From: Schmidtea polychroa
Taxonomy: Eukaryota
NCBI GenBank assembly: GCA_044892525.1
Contig: CM097885.1
Span: 52,082,001-52,146,000 of the forward strand
Reading direction: 5' to 3'
Length of the DNA: 64,000 nt
In this document: positions 55,716 to 64,000 of the stretch, piece after piece
How positions within the stretch are numbered: position 1 is the first letter of the stretch
Layout: every line of letters starts with the position of its first letter
Made by a program: the position numbers and the translations under genes
The notes under the pieces: model-generated
What the model was told of the DNA's origin: nothing
The model's input: only the letters and a program-made list of their open reading frames with translations
Databases searched by the model: none

Positions 55716-55984
55716 AGAGGACAAGGCAAAGTTAATGCATTTAGTATTGCCAGGCCTAATGAGCAGTGACCAAATATCTGTGCCTGAAAGACACGGTGGA
55801 TATTTGTTCGCGTCCACAAGGGTCGTCTGTGCCTCCCCCAAGTGGGGTCAGGAGAACCTGGGCATTATAGCTTTCCGTACGGAACATTACGCCTAGCATG
55901 GGTAGTCAACTACCAGCACATTCGAAACGTATAATTTCAAAATACATGCGTCATTGGCACTATAACCAAATTAATTAATGTTTT
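55716..55984 (+). ncRNA. Candidate structured RNA (GC-rich multi-hairpin island)
   Basis: Several short stems, A-box/B-box-like words and a hammerhead-like frame (see findings). Strand is inferred. Confidence 0.4.
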
Positions 55985-58900
55985 CACTAACACAAATATA
56001 TATTTACAGAGGCCTCCCACTAGTTGGATTACAACCGCCCACCACGACGATCAGCTTGTAAATATATATTAATTAAGGGATAAAGAGGACCCACCCAACC
56101 CTATTATATTTAATTTACAAATTTTTCTCGCTCTTCTGCTGGTATTCTATCTCAAAATTATCATCTCCATCGGGCCATTTGGAATACATCTTGCGAATTG
56201 GACATATTTCTTAGTTTCTGATGTGGCGTCAACTATCATTGCTAAAATTTATATTGATTTAAAAGCAATTAACTTACATTATCTAGCATTTTATCGTCAC
56301 AGGCTTGATAAATTAGGCAACTGTTATTTGTGGTATACTTTTTCAATGTCATTTCCCACCATAAAACACAGATACCTAAATATAATATATATATTTTAAA
56401 GAATTAATTCATGTCTTACATTAATAATAATATTCTTCAGGTAGTACTTTACAATATCTAATTGCTAAAACATCGGTTTTTCCCATTTTTCTTGACAATC
56501 GTTGAAAGTTTACATAATTTAAGTCTGATAATTCATTTTGAAGGACACCCACAATCAGCTAATTCATTTAAGAAATCCGGAACATAGCAATGTTTCACCA
56601 TTTTGTCTGGTTCATTTTTTTCTATAATTCATGTTTTAATAAGAAATTTCTAAATCCAGAACATAAGTCATTTAGTGTTTCACCATTTTATCTGGTTCAT
56701 CTTCTTCATAATCATATAATTCATTTTCTTCATTACTAAGTAAAATAATTAAAATATTGTAGTAAATTCTTTATTTACTTACTTTATGGATACTAAAACG
56801 AAAGAAATAAAGTTATATCAAAAGTATATTTAAATAATTTAAATTTAAATAATTTAATTTAGTTATTTAAAAATATTTAAACAATTTAGTTATTTAAGCA
56901 TATTTAAACATTAACATTATTATATAGTATAATTTTATATAATATTATAATTTTATGTACACTTATATATCCTTCATTTAATTTTTTAAATTCAAAATTT
57001 ATAATGAAGATTCTTTGAATTAAAAAATATTCTGTTAGTATTTCCAGGCAGTAAACAACGAATTCAATAATTAAAATCTTAATTTTCATGTTGTTAGGGT
57101 TGTGGCCAGAATTTAATCGCCATCTAATCGTTTGTTCTCAATTTCGCTCATTTTTGTTCAAAACATTCAGGTGAGTTGTTATCTGGAAAGTTTCTTTGAG
57201 CTCAGTTTTGTTAAAACACTCACGGTATTTTTGAGGGACGTGACACTGGGAATAAATTAACAATGGGTGGTCTTGCATACATGTTGTTGGTTTGAACTGT
57301 TGATTTATTTTAGAAATATGTATATTAAAAACATTTAAGGTATCATTCAGTAAAATAATATAGTATTTTTGAGTATTTTTAGTTGATTTATAAATAACAG
57401 TATTTTGATATATCAATAAAGACCATATACTCCTAGTTTATCCGACAAAATATTCTGTCCCCCTATGGGTATTGCTAGCAAGGGTACTGGTCACACTCAA
57501 CAAGTCGCAATATTAATCATTTAGAAATTCTTAGGTAAGATAATCAGAAATTTGTGAATATTTTAAATGTAACTTTACACTTATGTCGAGCGACTAATTT
57601 ATTGGTTAACTTTTTAGACATTTAAAGCAAAAGGTAATTTATTCATCTAATGTTCGTTACAATAGTTAATAATATGAGAAAAACATGGTCATTATTCATT
57701 GATAATTTTAAATTCTTTATCATTTAGAGTAAATTTGTTTGAGGCAAAAAATAATTAAAGGAGTCATAATAGAAATATGGTTATCATTTATCCAATTAAG
57801 GGGCTTATTAGTTAGAAATATAAAGTAACAATTATTTTCTAATTTAATTAGATGATCATTAGACGTAATATATCTTTGCGAGAAATTTAAGATGTTTGAG
57901 TAACCAAAACATGGACATTTTGTGCGATAAATTTATGAATATTGCTTAATTTTGTTATTTTTAGTCATTTAAAATAATATTTAGCAAAGGTAATTTAGCA
58001 AAATATCATTTATCCACCAGATAACAATATTCCTTCAATAGATTAACTGATATTCAACCTATTTAATTTCTGGAAATATAATTAAAATCATAAATTTCCT
58101 TCATGAAAGTTTAATTTTCTTTAGTTGTCGATGTCTAACTCTTTTAAGTCAATATTTTTGTTACCGTTATCTTCATAATGAATGTCCGTCTTTAAAATGT
58201 TAAATAAAATAATTTAAAGCAATAACCTTTGATATCAATCCCAATTAATTCTAAAGATTTCAAATATTGCATTGTCAAAACCAAGTAAATTAGTCATTAC
58301 CCATTAATAAAACCGTGGATAATTAATAAAAACTGGTTCTGAAACATAAATTACTGTGCAATAACATTCATCACAACCTCTAAAACGATATAATTTCACA
58401 GGAACTATTCATAGCTGACTATTTCCCTTGAAAATTTGATATTTTACCAATAAGAATATATAAATATTCAAAACATTAACCGATCCCTCACCAAATATCT
58501 TTACCCCTTAAAACACCTTAAATCGTATATATTACCATCTTAACCTTCACTAAATCCAACCGAATATAATTTCATCCACTTGTGCCCTTTAATAAATCTT
58601 AAAATCTATAGAAAATTCTTCAAAATATGAATTTTATTTAATTGTCACAGACATTCCTCCATTGAAATAATTTAGTAGCTAAATTCAAAGAGTCCACTAA
58701 AAGATCAAAATTCATTAAAATAAATATTTAACCACATGTGTCATCAAATACCTAACTAGAGATGATAATATCTCATTGATTGATCATAATTATAACCATT
58801 ATAACATGATATATCTTTCAAACTAAATTTAGGTATATTTTACAATAATTTTCAAGTAGATTTTAAATATATCATCATCGTGAAAAAATTAGATTGTTTC

Positions 58901-61900
58901 AACTTTAGATTTTCAATATTTTAAAGTTCATCAATGTGTAAATATTCTTAGAAAAATATATGAAAAAATTATTTAGTCAAATTATCATTACAAAGTCATC
59001 ATCATCATCAAAATTAATAAAATATAGCAAATTATCAATAAATTAATTAAATTTATCTTAGAATTAACACTAAACCTTAAATATTCTTTCAATTAACATG
59101 AAATTCACAAAAAAAAATGTTAGTAAAATCCCGCTAACTCTAAAAAATTACCAATGAATTTAATGCCAAATAATAACCAAATATTTGCCTAAATAAAATC
59201 ATTAAAACACACCAGTACCTTTACGACCAGTACCCTTACGACCAGTACCCTTACGACCAATACCCTTACAAGCAGTACCCATAGAGGGAGAAAATATTTT
59301 GTCGGATAAACTCCGAGTATATATATAATAAAACGAATTAACAATAACTCCATCAAATTGAATCAGTCAAATTATCACAAATTTTAATAAAAAATCTTAT
59401 TCTAAAGTGGTAAGCAGCGTAAAATCGAAAGATAATTTTAATAACACAGAGATAAAATTAACAATATTATTCTCAGGTGGTAAGAATATTTTATTTTTGA
59501 GTCTGTTATCCCTCTATTATCATTGCTTACTTGATGTTTTCATAAATTTAAGTAAAGTTAATGCTGGGTATGTGTTCTGACACACTTTGTTATTTTCTTA
59601 ACTTTGAGAGATTATTTTGATTAAAAAGAGTAATGTATCTTGAATTATCTTTTAGAATAACTGTTTTTGAAATATTTAATGTAAAATAGTAAATCTCATA
59701 ATTATTAATTCAATATTAAAGGAGTTAATCAAAATTTAAAATATAAAGTTATCATAATTGCTTAGTCAAATACCATTTGTTATGTATGTTTGTCATTTTT
59801 GGATTAAATACTTTATCAAAATAATTGTTTATCACATTATTATTATTCGTTAGTCACTCATATATTAGAAATAATTTATAAATACTCATCACTTATAGCC
59901 CCCCCCCCATTTTCCACTAATCCTCCCAACAACTATTTCTTTGAACATTGAATTAAATATTTTTTTTTATTAAAGTGATCATTTTTATAAATTTTTATGA
60001 ATTTCATGAAATAATTTTAAATAAATGCAATTAATATATTTCCATCTTATCTATGACACTTCTCGGTATATTTACGTTTACGTTCCATTAATGAATAATT
60101 CAAACCCTTATTTTCACCTTTTTGAATTTCATTATTAATTAATCATAGAATAATGATGATTCTTACCACCTGAGAATAATATTGTTAATTTTATCTCTGT
60201 GTTATTAAAATTATCTTTCGATTTTACGCTGCTTACCACTTTAGAATAAGATTTTTTATTAAAATTTGTGATAATTTGACTGATTCAATTTGATGGAGTT
60301 ATTGTTAATTCGTTTTATTATATATATACTCGGAGTTTATCCGACAAAATATTTTCTCCCTCTATGGGTACTGCTTGTAAGGGTATTGGTCGTAAGGGTA
60401 CTGGTCGTAAGGGTACTGGTCGTAAAGGTACTGGTGTGTTTTAATGATTTTATTTAGGCAAATATTTGGTTATTATTTGGCATTAAATTCATTGGTAATT
60501 TTTTAGAGTTAGCGGGATTTTACTAACATTTTTTTTTGTGAATTTCATGTTAATTGAAAGAATATTTAAGGTTTAGTGTTAATTCTAAGATAAATTTAAT
60601 TAATTTATTGATAATTTGCTATATTTTATTAATTTTGATGATGATGATGACTTTGTAATGATAATTTGACTAAATAATTTTTTCATATATTTTTCTAAGA
60701 ATATTTACACATTGATGAACTTTAAAATATTGAAAATCTAAAGTTGAAACAATCTAATTTTTTTCACGATGATGATATATTTAAAATCTACTTGAAAATT
60801 ATTGTAAAATATACCTAAATTTAGTTTGAAAGATATATCATGTTATAATGGTTATAATTATGATCAATCAATGAGATATTATCATCTCTAGTTAGGTATT
60901 TGATGACACATGTGGTTAAATATTTATTTTAATGAATTTTGATCTTTTAGTGGACTCTTTGAATTTAGCTACTAAATTATTTCAATGGAGGAATGTCTGT
61001 GACAATTAAATAAAATTCATATTTTGAAGAATTTTCTATAGATTTTAAGATTTATTAAAGGGCACAAGTGGATGAAATTATATTCGGTTGGATTTAGTGA
61101 AGGTTAAGATGGTAATATATACGATTTAAGGTGTTTTAAGGGGTAAAGATATTTGGTGAGGGATCGGTTAATGTTTTGAATATTTATATATTCTTATTGG
61201 TAAAATATCAAATTTTCAAGGGAAATAGTCAGCTATGAATAGTTCCTGTGAAATTATATCGTTTTAGAGGTTGTGATGAATGTTATTGCACAGTAATTTA
61301 TGTTTCAGAACCAGTTTTTATTAATTATCCACGGTTTTATTAATGGGTAATGACTAATTTACTTGGTTTTGACAATGCAATATTTGAAATCTTTAGAATT
61401 AATTGGGATTGATATCAAAGGTTATTGCTTTAAATTATTTTATTTAACATTTTAAAGACGGACATTCATTATGAAGATAACGGTAACAAAAATATTGACT
61501 TAAAAGAGTTAGACATCGACAACTAAAGAAAATTAAACTTTCATGAAGGAAATTTATGATTTTAATTATATTTCCAGAAATTAAATAGGTTGAATATCAG
61601 TTAATCTATTGAAGGAATATTGTTATCTGGTGGATAAATGATATTTTGCTAAATTACCTTTGCTAAATATTATTTTAAATGACTAAAAATAACAAAATTA
61701 AGCAATATTCATAAATTTATCGCACAAAATGTCCATGTTTTGGTTACTCAAACATCTTAAATTTCTCGCAAAGATATATTACGTCTAATGATCATCTAAT
61801 TAAATTAGAAAATAATTGTTACTTTATATTTCTAACTAATAAGCCCCTTAATTGGATAAATGATAACCATATTTCTATTATGACTCCTTTAATTATTTTT

Positions 61901-63662
61901 TGCCTCAAACAAATTTACTCTAAATGATAAAGAATTTAAAATTATCAATGAATAATGACCATGTTTTTCTCATATTATTAACTATTGTAACGAACATTAG
62001 ATGAATAAATTACCTTTTGCTTTAAATGTCTAAAAAGTTAACCAATAAATTAGTCGCTCGACATAAGTGTAAAGTTACATTTAAAATATTCACAAATTTC
62101 TGATTATCTTACCTAAGAATTTCTAAATGATTAATATTGCGACTTGTTGAGTGTGACCAGTACCCTTGCTAGCAATACCCATAGGGGGACAGAATATTTT
62201 GTCGGATAAACTAGGAGTATATGGTCTTTATTGATATATCAAAATACTGTTATTTATAAATCAACTAAAAATACTCAAAAATACTATATTATTTTACTGA
62301 ATGATACCTTAAATGTTTTTAATATACATATTTCTAAAATAAATCAACAGTTCAAACCAACAACATGTATGCAAGACCACCCATTGTTAATTTATTCCCA
62401 GTGTCACGTCCCTCAAAAATACCGTGAGTGTTTTAACAAAACTGAGCTCAAAGAAACTTTCCAGATAACAACTCACCTGAATGTTTTGAACAAAAATGAG
62501 CGAAATTGAGAACAAACGATTAGATGGCGATTAAATTCTGGCCACAACCCTAACAACATGAAAATTAAGATTTTAATTATTGAATTCGTTGTTTACTGCC
62601 TGGAAATACTAACAGAATATTTTTTAATTCAAAGAATCTTCATTATAAATTTTGAATTTAAAAAATTAAATGAAGGATATATAAGTGTACATAAAATTAT
62701 AATATTATATAAAATTATACTATATAATAATGTTAATGTTTAAATATGCTTAAATAACTAAATTGTTTAAATATTTTTAAATAACTAAATTAAATTATTT
62801 AAATTTAAATTATTTAAATATACTTTTGATATAACTTTATTTCTTTCGTTTTAGTATCCATAAAGTAAGTAAATAAAGAATTTACTACAATATTTTAATT
62901 ATTTTACTTAGTAATGAAGAAAATGAATTATATGATTATGAAGAAGATGAACCAGATAAAATGGTGAAACACTAAATGACTTATGTTCTGGATTTAGAAA
63001 TTTCTTATTAAAACATGAATTATAGAAAAAAATGAACCAGACAAAATGGTGAAACATTGCTATGTTCCGGATTTCTTAAATGAATTAGCTGATTGTGGGT
63101 GTCCTTCAAAATGAATTATCAGACTTAAATTATGTAAACTTTCAACGATTGTCAAGAAAAATGGGAAAAACCGATGTTTTAGCAATTAGATATTGTAAAG
63201 TACTACCTGAAGAATATTATTATTAATGTAAGACATGAATTAATTCTTTAAAATATATATATTATATTTAGGTATCTGTGTTTTATGGTGGGAAATGACA
63301 TTGAAAAAGTATACCACAAATAACAGTTGCCTAATTTATCAAGCCTGTGACGATAAAATGCTAGATAATGTAAGTTAATTGCTTTTAAATCAATATAAAT
63401 TTTAGCAATGATAGTTGACGCCACATCAGAAACTAAGAAATATGTCCAATTCGCAAGATGTATTCCAAATGGCCCGATGGAGATGATAATTTTGAGATAG
63501 AATACCAGCAGAAGAGCGAGAAAAATTTGTAAATTAAATATAATAGGGTTGGGTGGGTCCTCTTTATCCCTTAATTAATATATATTTACAAGCTGATCGT
63601 CGTGGTGGGCGGTTGTAATCCAACTAGTGGGAGGCCTCTGTAAATATATATTTGTGTTAGTG

Positions 63663-63931
63663 AAAACATTAATTAATTTGGTTATAGTGCCAATGACGCA
63701 TGTATTTTGAAATTATACGTTTCGAATGTACTGGTAGTTGACTACCCATGCTAGGCGTAATGTTCCGTACGGAAAACTATAATGCCCAGGTTCTTCTGAC
63801 CCCACTTGGGGAAGGCACAGACGACCCTTGTGGACGCGAACAAATATCCACCGTGTCTTTCAGGCACAGATATTTGGTCACTGCTCATTAGGCCTGGCAA
63901 TACTAAATGCATAAACTTTGCCTTGTCCTCT
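63663..63931 (-). ncRNA. Mirror copy of the candidate structured RNA
   Basis: Reverse complement of 55716-55984 with about five substitutions. Confidence 0.4.
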
Positions 63932-64000
63932 CTTGTCTTGATTTTTATCGTTTAAATATAAAAGTGTGTGTGATAAGTTTTATTTACTAACATTAATTAA

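Larger units (their letters stand above)
52638..64000. mobile_element. Probable left end of a Polinton/Maverick-like element (runs off the window)
   Basis: Abrupt AGTAGT start inside a PLE pLTR, GC-rich/poly-C subterminal block, tandem subterminal repeats with TCAAGGTCA, degenerate coding-like DNA further in. No pPolB, integrase, ATPase or capsid seen. Confidence 0.55.
55647..64000. repeat. Giant inverted repeat: left arm 55647-59487, spacer 59488-60158, right arm 60159->=64000
   Basis: Mirror ORFs 57138-57416(-)/62231-62509(+) and 56904-57089(-)/62558-62743(+) are identical; spot checks along the arms are reverse-complementary. Confidence 0.97.

Noticed and set aside
55745..55826. Intact tRNA-Arg gene
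   Set aside because: Only A/B-box-like words match; no cloverleaf acceptor, D or anticodon arms can be built.
56904..57416. ORFs of 61 and 92 aa duplicated at 62231-62743
   Set aside because: Their identity reflects the palindrome only; no domain is recognisable and one starts at TTG, so they are not called as genes.

Overview
Very AT-rich eukaryotic (animal) genomic DNA with many (AAT)n/(TA)n microsatellites; the repeat content is compatible with a freshwater planarian, which is inference only. One host gene is visible on the minus strand: the 3' part of an L1CAM/neuroglian-like cell-adhesion gene (FN3, FN3, TM, cytoplasmic tail ending ...PVSTSFV*), with exons spread over about 5.4-50.2 kb. 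Its introns and flanks are full of mobile DNA: a 3'-truncated Ty3/Gypsy element (5' LTR, PBS, three-knuckle gag, -1 frameshift signal, disrupted pol), a DD34E IS630/Tc1 element inside a (TAT)n tract, fragments of three Penelope-like families each carrying a minimal hammerhead ribozyme (one is a U3-A8 core variant), a Helitron, hAT/pogo/piggyBac/Ginger-type MITEs, and two small AGTAG-terminated elements with 6-bp TSD-like flanks. From 52638 to the window end lies what looks like the left end of a Polinton/Maverick-type element. It has an AGTAGT terminus, arrays of TCAAGGTCA, a dispersed ~70-110 bp GGGTAC module (7 copies), a giant palindrome (arms >=3.8 kb, 0.67 kb spacer) and a GC-rich, multi-hairpin ~250-nt island present in both arms. 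That island is the best candidate here for an undescribed structured RNA. No Maverick hallmark genes are visible in the window, so that call is provisional.
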